From Anaerolineae bacterium (GTDB lineage: Bacteria; Chloroflexota; Anaerolineae; S016-19): a DNA stretch of 64,000 nt. This document shows, in pieces, positions 16,877 to 26,125 of this stretch. The stretch spans positions 15,448-79,447 of the forward strand of contig JALWAP010000107.1 of NCBI GenBank assembly GCA_027016315.1, in the 5' to 3' direction. Numbering within the stretch: position 1 is the first letter of the stretch; each line of letters starts with the position of its first letter. The position numbers and the translations under genes are program-made. The notes beneath the pieces are model-generated. The model had not been told where the DNA came from. It was given only the letters and a program-made list of their open reading frames with translations, and ran no database searches.

Positions 16877-17871
16877 GATGCAACTCCGCCTTCCATGTCC
16901 ACCCAGCAGGCGATGCGATGTCCTGGACCAACTTCCCTGAGTTCCGGCTTTTCGTGCAAGCACCTTTCGGTTCGATACTCGCACCTCGGGGCGAAAGGAC
17001 ACCCTGGAGGCATGTCAATCAGATTTGGGGGCAGACCTTTGATCGGGGTCAGTTTCTTTTTCCTCGGGCGATCCATGCGCGGGATCGACCTGAGCAAGCC
17101 CAGCGTGTATGGGTGCTTTGGATTGCCGTAAAGCTCCTTCACAGGAGCCGATTCCACGATGCTTCCTGCGTACATCACGATCACCCTATCGGCAAGCCCG
17201 GCCACGACACCCAGATCGTGGGTTATCCAGATCACCGACATGCCTATCTCCTTTTGGAGCTTCTTCACCAAATCGACGATCTGTGCCTGGATGGTCACGT
17301 CGAGCGCCGTAGTCGGCTCGTCTGCGATCAGAATCTGGGGATTGCAAGCAAGCCCCATGGCTATCATCACCCTTTGCCGCATACCGCCGGAGAATTGATG
17401 AGGGTAATCCTTGAGCCGTTTCTCCGCGTCCGGTATCCCGACCATTTCCAGCAACTCGATGGTGCGCTCCCTGGCTTGCTGCTTGTTCATCCCCATATGC
17501 AGCTGAAGCGCCTCCATCACCTGGAATCCGATGGTCAACACCGGGTTCAGGGAAGTCATCGGGTCCTGGAAGATCATGGCGATCTTGTTGCCGCGGATAT
17601 GCCGGATTTCCGAATCCGACATTTTGAGAAGGTCTTTGCCTTCGAACCAAACCTCCCCGCCGGTTATCTTGCCGGGGGGATGCGGAATCAACCGTAGGAT
17701 CGACAAAACGCTGACGCTCTTACCGCTCCCGCTTTCCCCGACGATGGCAAGGGTTTCTCCCTTGTCGAGGGTATATGAAATCCCGTTTACGGCATGAACC
17801 ACCCCATCCTGGGTAAAAAAGCGGGTTTCAAGGTTTTTGACCTCAAGCAAAGCTCCCATGCAGACCTCCAC
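16873..17871 (-). CDS. ABC transporter ATP-binding protein, OppD/DppD-type
   Basis: Walker A is GESGSGKSV, the signature is FSGGMRQR and Walker B is [20 protein letters not shown] precedes the start. An alternative start is the inner ATG at 17859. Confidence 0.9.
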   Translation of the reverse strand: MEVCMGALLEVKNLETRFFTQDGVVHAVNGISYTLDKGETLAIVGESGSGKSVSVLSILRLIPHPPGKITGGEVWFEGKDLLKMSDSEIRHIRGNKIAMIFQDPMTSLNPVLTIGFQVMEALQLHMGMNKQQARERTIELLEMVGIPDAEKRLKDYPHQFSGGMRQRVMIAMGLACNPQILIADEPTTALDVTIQAQIVDLVKKLQKEIGMSVIWITHDLGVVAGLADRVIVMYAGSIVESAPVKELYGNPKHPYTLGLLRSIPRMDRPRKKKLTPIKGLPPNLIDMPPGCPFAPRCEYRTERCLHEKPELREVGPGHRIACWVDMEGGVAS

Positions 17872-18026
17872 GAAGAGTGCTGAAAGGAGAAGAACGGAAT
17901 CGGGCGACAGGCCAACGGCTACCGGCTACTGCTCCAAGGAACCCTCCATGCAAACGAATGAATTTCGATGAAAAGTGCATAACGCCATTGTCTCCCGTAA
18001 GGTTTTTCCCCTCGTTACAAGTCTAA

Positions 18027-18055
18027 ATTTTAGCATACAGTCTCGCGGTTGTCAA
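18027..18055 (-). promoter_or_regulatory. Sigma-70-type promoter for the ABC importer operon
   Basis: On the minus strand, TTGACA (18055-18050) is followed by a 17-nt spacer and TAAAAT (18032-18027). This predicts a leader of about 150 nt. Confidence 0.5.
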
Positions 18056-18201
18056 TTAACAAAAGTTGAGCACCCAGTATCATATATGTTCTCTGATAGC
18101 CACCGAACATCAAGCTTGCGTTGATCCTTACCATCAGACCACGTGGAGCATCTAACTGATTCTGCCCACCCCCGGCTCGTGTCCACAACAGCGCGCTCCC
18201 G

Positions 18202-18723
18202 TTATCTTTCGATCCCATCCCTCGAGGTCACGCCCGAGGTCTTGTAGTAATGCTTGATCTCGCCCATTTCGGTCACCAGGTCGGCGAACTCGATGGCCTC
18301 CTGTGGAGCGTACCTGCCCGTCAGAACCACCTCGACGCCATCGGCGCGGGATTCGACGGCGCTCCTCACCTCGTCCCAGGTCAGCAGCCCGTAGAACATC
18401 GCCACGTTGACTTCGTCCATCACCACGACCCGATACCTGCCGAAGGCAAGCGCCTCCCGCACCCTGGCAAGCCCCGATTCTGCCGCTTGTACGTCCTTTG
18501 GGTCTGGGCCGGAAACATGTCCGGGACGCCCGAACAGTTCCACTGTCACCAGGTCGCTACACCGTTCTTTCAGCATGGCGACCTCGCCGTAGGGGATCGA
18601 TTTCAGGAACTGCCCCACGAAGCAGCGCATTCCCCGCCCTGCAGCCCGGACCACGAGGCCGATTGCTGCGGTGGTCTTTCCCTTGCCGTTGCCGGTGTAA
18701 ACGTGCACGAACCCTTTCGCCAT
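18202..18723 (-). CDS. cobO: Cob(I)yrinic acid a,c-diamide adenosyltransferase (CobO/BtuR type)
   Basis: MAKGFVHVYTGNGKGKTTAAIGL..VVMDEVN..GEIKHYY. Track ORF 18202-19575 adds an implausible Arg/Gly-rich N-terminus that overlaps the ADH gene. ATG 18723 abuts the ADH stop (TGATG). Confidence 0.9.
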   Translation of the reverse strand: MAKGFVHVYTGNGKGKTTAAIGLVVRAAGRGMRCFVGQFLKSIPYGEVAMLKERCSDLVTVELFGRPGHVSGPDPKDVQAAESGLARVREALAFGRYRVVVMDEVNVAMFYGLLTWDEVRSAVESRADGVEVVLTGRYAPQEAIEFADLVTEMGEIKHYYKTSGVTSRDGIER

Positions 18724-19685
18724 CACATCACCAGCGCCACTTTCAACACGCCCGGACGGGAAGCAAATTCGATTGCCTCGGCGCCCCTTTCCAGCGGGTA
18801 CTCCGCATCGAGCATCGAAAGCACGTCCACATCCCGGCGCTCCAGCCAGCCCAACGCCTTGTCGAACGGCCCGCACCTGGAACCTACCAGCGTAAGCTCG
18901 TCCACCACGACGCTGGTCATGTTCACCAACATCTCGCCGTGGTAAGTGCTTTTCAGCACCATGGTACCACGGGGGCGCACGAGGCTCCTGGCAGCCTCGA
19001 ATCCTTCGGGAGTGCCGGTGGCGTCGATTACCTTGTCGGCCATGGCTTTCGGCAGCTCTTCCAGCGACGCAGTCCCAATGCCCCATTTGCGGAGCAACTC
19101 GTAGTTCCTGCGCCTGGTGCGGAGGACGACCGTGAGATCGGCGCCGGTTCTGGCGACCACCTGAGCTATCAGCAGCCCGAGCTTCCCTGCGCCCACCACT
19201 ACCACCCGCTCGCCAGGGGCGATCGTCACCTGTTCCAGGATCTCCAGAGCGGCAGCCAGCGGCTCCGTGAAAGCCGCCTCGGCGTCGGAGATGGAATCCG
19301 GAACGGCGTGGAGGTTCTCCAGCGGAAGCGTCACGTAATCGGCAAAAGCGCCATCTTTCCCAAGGATGCCCAACACTTTCCGATTGCGACAGTGCCGCGG
19401 CAATCCCCGTCGGCACATGTCGCATTCGCCGCAGGCGATGTTTATCTCGCCCACCACCCGCCGCCCGACCCACGACGGATCGTCCGGACTTTCCTCCACG
19501 ACCCCCACGAACTCGTGCCCGAGGACGCCCTGATAGCCGTAATACCCTTTCACCAGTTCCAGATCCGTGTTGCAAATCCCGGCCCTGACGACCCGGATCA
19601 GCGCTTCCCCGCTCCCTGGGGTGGGATCCGGGTAATCCGGAACGAACCGGACGCCCTGGCCACGTTCGAGGTAGAGCGCTCTCAC
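18723..19685 (-). CDS. Zinc-dependent alcohol dehydrogenase family (MDR) oxidoreductase
   Basis: The catalytic Zn motif is GICNTDLE..GHEFVG. The structural Zn cluster is CGECDMCRRGLPRHC. The Rossmann motif is VVVVGAGKLG. Confidence 0.85.
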   Translation of the reverse strand: MRALYLERGQGVRFVPDYPDPTPGSGEALIRVVRAGICNTDLELVKGYYGYQGVLGHEFVGVVEESPDDPSWVGRRVVGEINIACGECDMCRRGLPRHCRNRKVLGILGKDGAFADYVTLPLENLHAVPDSISDAEAAFTEPLAAALEILEQVTIAPGERVVVVGAGKLGLLIAQVVARTGADLTVVLRTRRRNYELLRKWGIGTASLEELPKAMADKVIDATGTPEGFEAARSLVRPRGTMVLKSTYHGEMLVNMTSVVVDELTLVGSRCGPFDKALGWLERRDVDVLSMLDAEYPLERGAEAIEFASRPGVLKVALVM

Positions 19686-21910
19686 GATCTACCGCCCTCG
19701 TTCAAAGCCTGCCAGACTCGCTCCGCGGTGGCGGGAATCTGCGGCAGCCTGATCCCAACTGCGTCGTGAATGGCGTTCAGGATGGCCGGAGCGGTGGGCA
19801 AAGTAGGCATTTCGCCCATGCCTTTTGCGCCAAACGGCCCGGTCTCCTCCGGAACTTCCACGTTGATGCTCTCGAATTCGTACGGCATATCGAGAACCGT
19901 AGGTATCAGGTACTCGCTGAAATTGCGGGTGTATACGTAGCCATCACGCTGTCGGAATTCTTCCATAAGGGCATACCCAACCCCCATGTGCACTGCTCCG
20001 GCGACCTGTCCCCAGACCAGTTTCGGGTTGACCGCCTTGCCCATGTCCTGGGCCGAGACGATTTTCACGACCTCCACTTCGCCTGTATCGGTATCGACCT
20101 CCACCTCCGCGACCTGGCAGGAGAACCCGTAGAGTGCGTGCGGCTCGCAAAGCCCGGTGTTCGGGTCGAATGGGAACGTGGCATGTACTTTTCGCAGGTA
20201 GAAAGTGTATTCCGACTCGATGTGGTTCGGATCGTTCGGATCGACCTCGCCGCGGGCCAGCATCCTGAGCGCCTGCCTGCACGCTCCGAACACCGCGTTC
20301 CCCGACATGTAAGTCTGCCTCGATGCGGAGCTCGACCCGGCGCTCCTGACGTTGGAGGTGTCCAGCGGCGCCATTTCCACCCTGGAGATGTCCACCCCGA
20401 GCGCGTCGGCGGCTATCTGGGTCAGAACCGTGTTCGATCCCTGCCCCACGTCGGACGTGCCTATCCGCACCACCGCTTTCTCGATCTCCTTGCCGTTCAG
20501 GTAGAGATCGACTATCGCCGTGGCTTTGTCGTCGAATCCAAAAGAATAGGCGATGTTCTTGTACGTGAGAGCAAGTCCGATTCCTCTCTTCCTGCCAGGA
20601 GCACTCGGTTCGGGGAGCTCGGGAGCAGTCCATCGGCCCTCGACTTGTCTCCATCCGGCGGCGGTAGCTGCTTTGGTCAGCACTTCCTCTCCGGCCTCCA
20701 CGCTTCTGGGCAGGAACTGCCCGACCGCTCCTCTATCGCCCGGCTTTACAAGGTTCTTCAGCCGGATTTCCACCGGATCGAGCCCCAGCCTACTGGCGAG
20801 CTCGTCCATCATCTGCTCGTAAGCTACGGGAGGCTGCGTGGCACCGAACCCGCGCATAGCCATGGTGGGCGCGTTGTTGGTGAACACGGCCTTGGCGTTC
20901 AGCTCGATGGCCGGAACACGATAGGGGCCAACCGAGAACGAGACCGCGTTGGAGAGAACGACGATGCTTGTGGATGTATGCGCCCCAGCATCGGCCAGCA
21001 TCTTGATCTTGGCTCCAAGGAGCGTACCATCATTCTTCGCCGCCCACTTGTATTTCATCACGAACGGATGGCGCTTGCCGTGCCCGCGGAAGCTCTCCTC
21101 GCGTGTCCATACGAGCTTCACTGGTTTGCGCAGAACGTAAGCGGCCACCGCCACCAGATGCTGGATCGACATGTCCTCCCTGCCGCCGAATGCGCCGCCG
21201 ATCCCGGGGACGATCTCCCGGACCTTTTCCTCCGGCAGGTTCAGGAGGTGTGCAAGCTGTCTGACGTCGTCGTGCGCCCACTGGGCTGCCGCAACCACCA
21301 CCACTCGGCCTTCTTCGTCGATGTAGCCAAGGCCTGCTTCCGGCTGCAAATACGCGTGCTCGATGGCAGGCGTCCGGACTTCCATTTCGACGATCACATC
21401 GGCGCTGGAGAACGCGTCCTCGATGTCGCCTAAGTGGACGTTTACCTCCTTCAGGATGTTGTTGGCGCGATTTTCGTACACAAGCGGTGCACCTGGCTTC
21501 AGGGCTTCTTCTGCGTTTTCGACCACCGGTAGCGGCTCGTATTCCACATCCACCAGGTCGCGGGCCTTCTCGGCAATCTCCTCCGTCTCCGCCACGACAA
21601 GGGCCACCGGGTCGCCTATCCACCGGACCTTGCTCCCCTCCGCGACGAACACTTCCTGATCCATGTCGTAAATTCCGAATTCGTTGACCGGTACGTCCCT
21701 GTAGGTCAGCACTTTGACCACGCCCGGCACTGCTTCGGCTTTGCTCGTGTCGATTTTCAGGACTTTGGCGTGGGGGTATTTGGGCCAGACCACCTTGGCG
21801 AACAGCATCCCTTCCATGGAGTAGTCCTGCGGATACGGGAGCGTTCCGGTGACCTTCGCCTTTCCATCGACTTTCGGCACGCTCTGCCCGACGAAACGAG
21901 TCTCAGTCAT
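19682..21910 (-). CDS. Molybdopterin-binding large subunit of a xanthine dehydrogenase / aldehyde oxidoreductase family enzyme
   Basis: 742 aa with typical motifs GGAFGGRED, MRGFGATQ and GEMPTLPTAPAILNA. It overlaps both neighbours by 4-8 nt. Confidence 0.9.
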   Translation of the reverse strand: MTETRFVGQSVPKVDGKAKVTGTLPYPQDYSMEGMLFAKVVWPKYPHAKVLKIDTSKAEAVPGVVKVLTYRDVPVNEFGIYDMDQEVFVAEGSKVRWIGDPVALVVAETEEIAEKARDLVDVEYEPLPVVENAEEALKPGAPLVYENRANNILKEVNVHLGDIEDAFSSADVIVEMEVRTPAIEHAYLQPEAGLGYIDEEGRVVVVAAAQWAHDDVRQLAHLLNLPEEKVREIVPGIGGAFGGREDMSIQHLVAVAAYVLRKPVKLVWTREESFRGHGKRHPFVMKYKWAAKNDGTLLGAKIKMLADAGAHTSTSIVVLSNAVSFSVGPYRVPAIELNAKAVFTNNAPTMAMRGFGATQPPVAYEQMMDELASRLGLDPVEIRLKNLVKPGDRGAVGQFLPRSVEAGEEVLTKAATAAGWRQVEGRWTAPELPEPSAPGRKRGIGLALTYKNIAYSFGFDDKATAIVDLYLNGKEIEKAVVRIGTSDVGQGSNTVLTQIAADALGVDISRVEMAPLDTSNVRSAGSSSASRQTYMSGNAVFGACRQALRMLARGEVDPNDPNHIESEYTFYLRKVHATFPFDPNTGLCEPHALYGFSCQVAEVEVDTDTGEVEVVKIVSAQDMGKAVNPKLVWGQVAGAVHMGVGYALMEEFRQRDGYVYTRNFSEYLIPTVLDMPYEFESINVEVPEETGPFGAKGMGEMPTLPTAPAILNAIHDAVGIRLPQIPATAERVWQALNEGGRS

Positions 21911-23303
21911 CGTTCACCTCCTCGGCGGCAGCTTTTACGGCTTCGACGATCTGGTAGTAGCCGGTGCATCGGCACAGGTTCCCGGCCAGCGCACGCTTGA
22001 TCGTCTCGTCATCTGGCTTCCGATAGGTCTCCAGGAGCGCCTTGGCCGACATGATGAACCCGGACGTGCAGTACCCACATTGAGCCGCTGCATGATCCAC
22101 GAACGCCTGCTGGATCGGATGGAGCGAGCCGTTCTTCGAGATGCCCTCGATGGTCTCCACCGTGCGGCCATGCGCCTGGGGTGCCGGAACGAGGCAAGAC
22201 GTGACCGCCCTGCCATCGAGCTGCACCGTGCACGCGCCACATTCCCCAGCGCTGCATCCATCCTTGACGCCCAAAAGCCCAAGTTCATCCCGAAGCGCGT
22301 ACAGGAGGCTCTTCCCGCGCACGTCCTTGAGCGTAACCTCCTGTCCATTCACGGTTAGCGTGACCCTGTTTCCGTCGGCGATTTCGTCGCTCGAGGGCAC
22401 GGGGAGCAGCCTGAACTCCTGCCTGTTCATCGGCGGGAGCAGTTCCGGAACATTTCCGCTCGCGATATGCTGGAGAGCACGCTTCACCAATACTTCCACC
22501 AGATGCCGACGATAGGCCGCCGTTCCACGAATGTCGTCGATGGGCCTGGACGCCCGGCTCGCTGCGGCAGCGGCATCGGCTATGGCCTTTTCGTCGAGGT
22601 CCGAGCCTTCCAGCATCTTCTCCGCTTCTTCCGCCCGGAAAACGGTGGGAGCGACCGAGCCGAGGGCGATCCGAGCCTCGGCCACTTTCCCGCTTTCCAT
22701 CGTGACCAGCACAGCAGCGTTCACCACCGATATGGCGTGTGCCCTCCGGAGCCCGTGTTTCACGAAGACCCCAATCTGGTTTTCGGCCTGCGGGGGCACA
22801 AGCACGCCTTCGATTATCTCGTCGTCATTCAGGACGGTTTTGCGCACGCCCAAGAAGAACTCTGTGATCGGCACGGTTCTCCTGCCGCCCGGACCGGCCA
22901 GCGCCACTTCCGCTCCCAGCGCCATGAGCGCTGGGATGGCGTCTCCTGCCGGTGAGGCCGTGGCCAGGTTCCCGCCGATGCTGCCCAGGTTCCTGATCTG
23001 GACCGAGCCTATCTCCTGGACTGCCTGCAAGAGCAGCGGTGTGCTTTCCCTCAGCATTGGCGAAGCAAGCAGCCTGGAATAAGCCACAGCAGCTCCAATC
23101 CATATCTTGCCATCACGCCTTTCTATCGATTGCAAACTTGGGATTCTGGTGACATCTATGAGTGTCCCAACCTCCAGCCCGCCTCCTTTCATGGCCACAG
23201 AGAGGTCGGTTCCCCCGGCGATTATTCGGGCTTCGGTTCCAAGTTCCTTCAGCAAACTTCCGGCTTCCTCAGGCGAGGCAGCGAAAACGTACCTTTGCCA
23301 CAT
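21903..23303 (-). CDS. Fused FAD-binding (CoxM/XdhB-like) and [2Fe-2S] (CoxS-like) subunit of the molybdo-hydroxylase
   Basis: The N-terminal half is IIAGGTDL..GSIGGNLATASPAGD (FAD domain). The C-terminal half is CSAGECGACTV..CGYCTSGFIM..NLCRCTGY (two 2Fe-2S motifs). I prefer ATG 23303 (MWQRYVF, GGAGG RBS) over the track start 23429. Confidence 0.9.
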   Translation of the reverse strand: MWQRYVFAASPEEAGSLLKELGTEARIIAGGTDLSVAMKGGGLEVGTLIDVTRIPSLQSIERRDGKIWIGAAVAYSRLLASPMLRESTPLLLQAVQEIGSVQIRNLGSIGGNLATASPAGDAIPALMALGAEVALAGPGGRRTVPITEFFLGVRKTVLNDDEIIEGVLVPPQAENQIGVFVKHGLRRAHAISVVNAAVLVTMESGKVAEARIALGSVAPTVFRAEEAEKMLEGSDLDEKAIADAAAAASRASRPIDDIRGTAAYRRHLVEVLVKRALQHIASGNVPELLPPMNRQEFRLLPVPSSDEIADGNRVTLTVNGQEVTLKDVRGKSLLYALRDELGLLGVKDGCSAGECGACTVQLDGRAVTSCLVPAPQAHGRTVETIEGISKNGSLHPIQQAFVDHAAAQCGYCTSGFIMSAKALLETYRKPDDETIKRALAGNLCRCTGYYQIVEAVKAAAEEVNDD

Positions 23304-23489
23304 TCCACATTCCTCCAAGTGTATTCGTTGCAGGTGCTTGTTACCCTCGAGTTTGGCGCTTTGAAAATTATAACAGAGCGGAACAGGCCAGGACAAGCCC
23401 AAGCGCCCGCGGCGGCTGGCATTCGCCAAAAGAAAAGCCCCGGTGTCTGTCCCGGGGCCTGACAGTTGTGATACAATGAAGGAGGGCAG

Positions 23490-23562
<73 letters not shown>

Positions 23563-23765
23563 TCATGCGCTCACAATTATATTCGGGGAGAGCGGCTTTG
23601 ACAAATCGAAAAGAGTTCCGCCAACGGCGCTTCGATGGAAAAGAAGCCTGGAGGCTACTCCAGCAACGGAAATGCCATCTGGAGAAGGGGCTTTCCAGTG
23701 CTCTGCCCCCGTCAGTGTACCGCTCACTCAAATCCCTTTGGGAACCGGTGCAGACTTTCGTCAAA

Positions 23766-24257
23766 ATGCTTTCTCCGCTTCCTGCTCCGCTGGTCGAATT
23801 GTGGGCCAGGGTACCCAACGGTCACCTTCTCTTTTCCGCCAGGCCCTCGGCATATGAACCCAACGCCGTGACGGTTGGCGACCGGATGTTCGTGGCGGTT
23901 GCCACAATTGGGATCCAGCAGTTGATAGACGCGGAGATCGCCCCGCTGATCGCCACCGGCAGGCTGATCGACCATCTTCTCGGAAGCTATTGCGAACCCG
24001 GAAAGCCAAATCTCACCGACGGTTCTTCGGTGCTCGGGCCTGAGGTCTCAAAGCTTGGCCTGGAAATCCAGGAGCTCTGGCGCCTCGGTTACGGGCCGGA
24101 GTGGACCGAAAACTCCCCCGCCGACTATTTCGCCTGGGGTTTCGCTGAATTCATACGTGACAGGAAAAGGCTGAACGTGGTGGATCCTCTGCTGGAAAAG
24201 CTGTTCCGGCACAAGCTCTTCTCGGTGCGGCTTTGGGGTACCGTTCAAAGGAAATGA
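23766..24257 (+). CDS. Hypothetical protein
   Basis: Track ORF 23565-24257 starts 3 nt after the tRNA and its first third looks non-protein-like. The C-terminal part (..IGIQQLIDAEIAPLIATGRLIDHLLG..YFAWGFAEFIRDRK..) looks genuine. The start is uncertain; ATG 23766 is one option. Confidence 0.4.
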   Translation: MLSPLPAPLVELWARVPNGHLLFSARPSAYEPNAVTVGDRMFVAVATIGIQQLIDAEIAPLIATGRLIDHLLGSYCEPGKPNLTDGSSVLGPEVSKLGLEIQELWRLGYGPEWTENSPADYFAWGFAEFIRDRKRLNVVDPLLEKLFRHKLFSVRLWGTVQRK

Positions 24258-24339
24258 TACAGCCCGATAGAGCTCGACGAAGCACTCTCCGGTCCTCCCG
24301 TCTTTTCAAATAACGACCGACGATTTCGTCTTGGGGGTT

Positions 24340-24368
24340 TTGATTTTGGGGGTGGTTGGTGGTATAGT
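24340..24368 (+). promoter_or_regulatory. Sigma-70-type promoter of pckA
   Basis: TTGATT (24340-24345) is followed by a 17-nt spacer and TATAGT (24363-24368). It lies about 45 nt upstream of the AGGAGGAAGCATAATG start region. Confidence 0.45.
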
Positions 24369-24415
24369 CGTCCAAAAGCGGTGTTACATGACTCTTATCT
24401 TCAGGAGGAAGCATA

Positions 24416-26020
24416 ATGAAGGTCATCGGATTCGAAGGAAACTACAAACTCGAGAACCATGGAGTGTACGGCGCCCGCAACGTGTACTGGTCTGTCCCCT
24501 CTGCAATGCTCTACGAAGAAGCTCTGAAGCGCGGGGAGGGGATAGCCCTCGAAAGCGGAGCACTTTCGGTGATCACCAGCCCGTTCACCGGACGCTCGCC
24601 TCAGGACAAGTACATCGTCACGGAGCCGTCGTCCTACGACAACATCTGGTGGGGGGAGATAAACCATCCCATCTCGGAAGAGGTTTTCGACAAGCTTCTC
24701 AACCGGATGCACGGCTATATTCAGGGGAAAGACATCTTCGTCGAGGATGTGTACGCCGGCGCAGACCCGGACTACACAGTGCCGGTAAGGGTGATTACCG
24801 ATAATGCGTGGTTGGGGTTGTTCTCCCGCAACATGCTGCTCCGGCGAAAGCCGGGTGAGGACCTGGATTTCAAGCCGCAGTTTACCCTGTACCACTTCAC
24901 CGGTTTCCACGCCTTGCCGGAGTTGGACGGAACCCGCTCGCCGGTGTTCATTATCATCAATTTCAAGAAGAACATCGGCATAATCGGCGGCACGAAGTAC
25001 GGCGGCGAGCTGAAGAAATCCGTTTTCACGTACATGAACTATTTCCTGCCCATGAACGACGTCTTCTCGATGCACTGTTCGGCCAACGTGGGCCCCAAAG
25101 GGGACGTGGCGCTCTTCTTCGGGCTGTCCGGCACCGGTAAGACCACCCTCTCCTCCGACCCGAGCCGCCCTCTCATCGGCGACGACGAGCACGGCTGGAC
25201 CGATAAGGGCGTATTCAATATCGAAGGCGGGTGCTACGCCAAGGTCATCGGGCTGAAGGAGGAGGACGACCCGAACATCTACAGCGCGGTCAATCGGTTC
25301 GGCACGATCCTTGAGAACGTGGTCGTCGATCCGATCAAGCGGCTTCCCGATTTCGACGATGGTTCGATCACCCAAAACACCAGGGCGTCCTACCCGCTCT
25401 TCTACATCCCCAATTCGGTGGAGAGCGAGATGGCGGGTCACCCGAAGAACATCTTCTTCCTGAGCGCAGACGCTTTCGGCGTGCTGCCTCCGATTGCGAA
25501 GCTCACGCCGGAGCAGGCAATGTACTACTACCTCTCCGGCTACACCGCCAAGGTGGCAGGCACCGAAAGAGGGCTTTCCGACGAGCCTCAGGCCACGTTC
25601 AGCACGTGCTTCGCAGCTCCATTCCTCCCGTTGAGGCCTCAGGTATATGCCAAGATGCTTCGGGACAGGGTGAACAAGCACAAGGCGAACGTGTGGCTGG
25701 TGAATACCGGCTGGGTCGGCGGTCCTTACGGAGTCGGCACCAGGATCAAGCTCAGGTACACCAGGGCGATGATCACCGCTGCGCTGAACGGCGACCTGGA
25801 CGACGTGGAGTTCCAGGAAGACCCGATTTTCGGGTTTGCCATCCCGAAGAGCTGCCCGAACGTGCCCTCCGAAGTGCTGGATCAGCGTGCTCAGTGGAAG
25901 GACGTGAAGGAATACGAGGCGAAGGCGAGATACCTGGCCGGGCTCTTCAAGGAGAATTTCGAAAAGCGGTTCTCCGACGAAGAAGGCAGGGAAATCGCAA
26001 AGCACGGCCCAAGGGTCTGA
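24416..26020 (+). CDS. pckA: Phosphoenolpyruvate carboxykinase (ATP)
   Basis: 534 aa. It shows FTGRSPQDKYIV, kinase-1a GLSGTGKTTLS and DDEHGW, and is collinear with ATP-type PckA. Confidence 0.95.
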   Translation: MKVIGFEGNYKLENHGVYGARNVYWSVPSAMLYEEALKRGEGIALESGALSVITSPFTGRSPQDKYIVTEPSSYDNIWWGEINHPISEEVFDKLLNRMHGYIQGKDIFVEDVYAGADPDYTVPVRVITDNAWLGLFSRNMLLRRKPGEDLDFKPQFTLYHFTGFHALPELDGTRSPVFIIINFKKNIGIIGGTKYGGELKKSVFTYMNYFLPMNDVFSMHCSANVGPKGDVALFFGLSGTGKTTLSSDPSRPLIGDDEHGWTDKGVFNIEGGCYAKVIGLKEEDDPNIYSAVNRFGTILENVVVDPIKRLPDFDDGSITQNTRASYPLFYIPNSVESEMAGHPKNIFFLSADAFGVLPPIAKLTPEQAMYYYLSGYTAKVAGTERGLSDEPQATFSTCFAAPFLPLRPQVYAKMLRDRVNKHKANVWLVNTGWVGGPYGVGTRIKLRYTRAMITAALNGDLDDVEFQEDPIFGFAIPKSCPNVPSEVLDQRAQWKDVKEYEAKARYLAGLFKENFEKRFSDEEGREIAKHGPRV

Positions 26021-26063
26021 TGGCCTTTGTGGCACTTGGCTTCAATGTAGAACTGACTTTGAG

Positions 26064-26100
26064 ACGAGGGCGCATCGCTAAGCGCCCTCGTTTGTTTCGT
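26064..26100 (+). terminator. Intrinsic terminator after pckA
   Basis: A 10-bp perfect stem ACGAGGGCGC / GCGCCCTCGT with an 8-nt loop is followed by TTGTTTCGTT. Confidence 0.7.
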
Positions 26101-26125
26101 TCGCGGCGTTTCCTTCGACTCGCAC

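Noticed and set aside
18724-19575. N-terminal extensions of track ORFs: 18202-19575 (cobO), 54569-56368 (xseA), 57369-59111 (cca), 21903-23429, 15881-17002, 37973-39898 and 10579-11484.
   Set aside because: The extensions overlap the upstream gene in another frame and look non-protein-like. Internal ATG/GTG starts match the known family N-termini, have RBSs, or form ATGA/TGATG coupling junctions.
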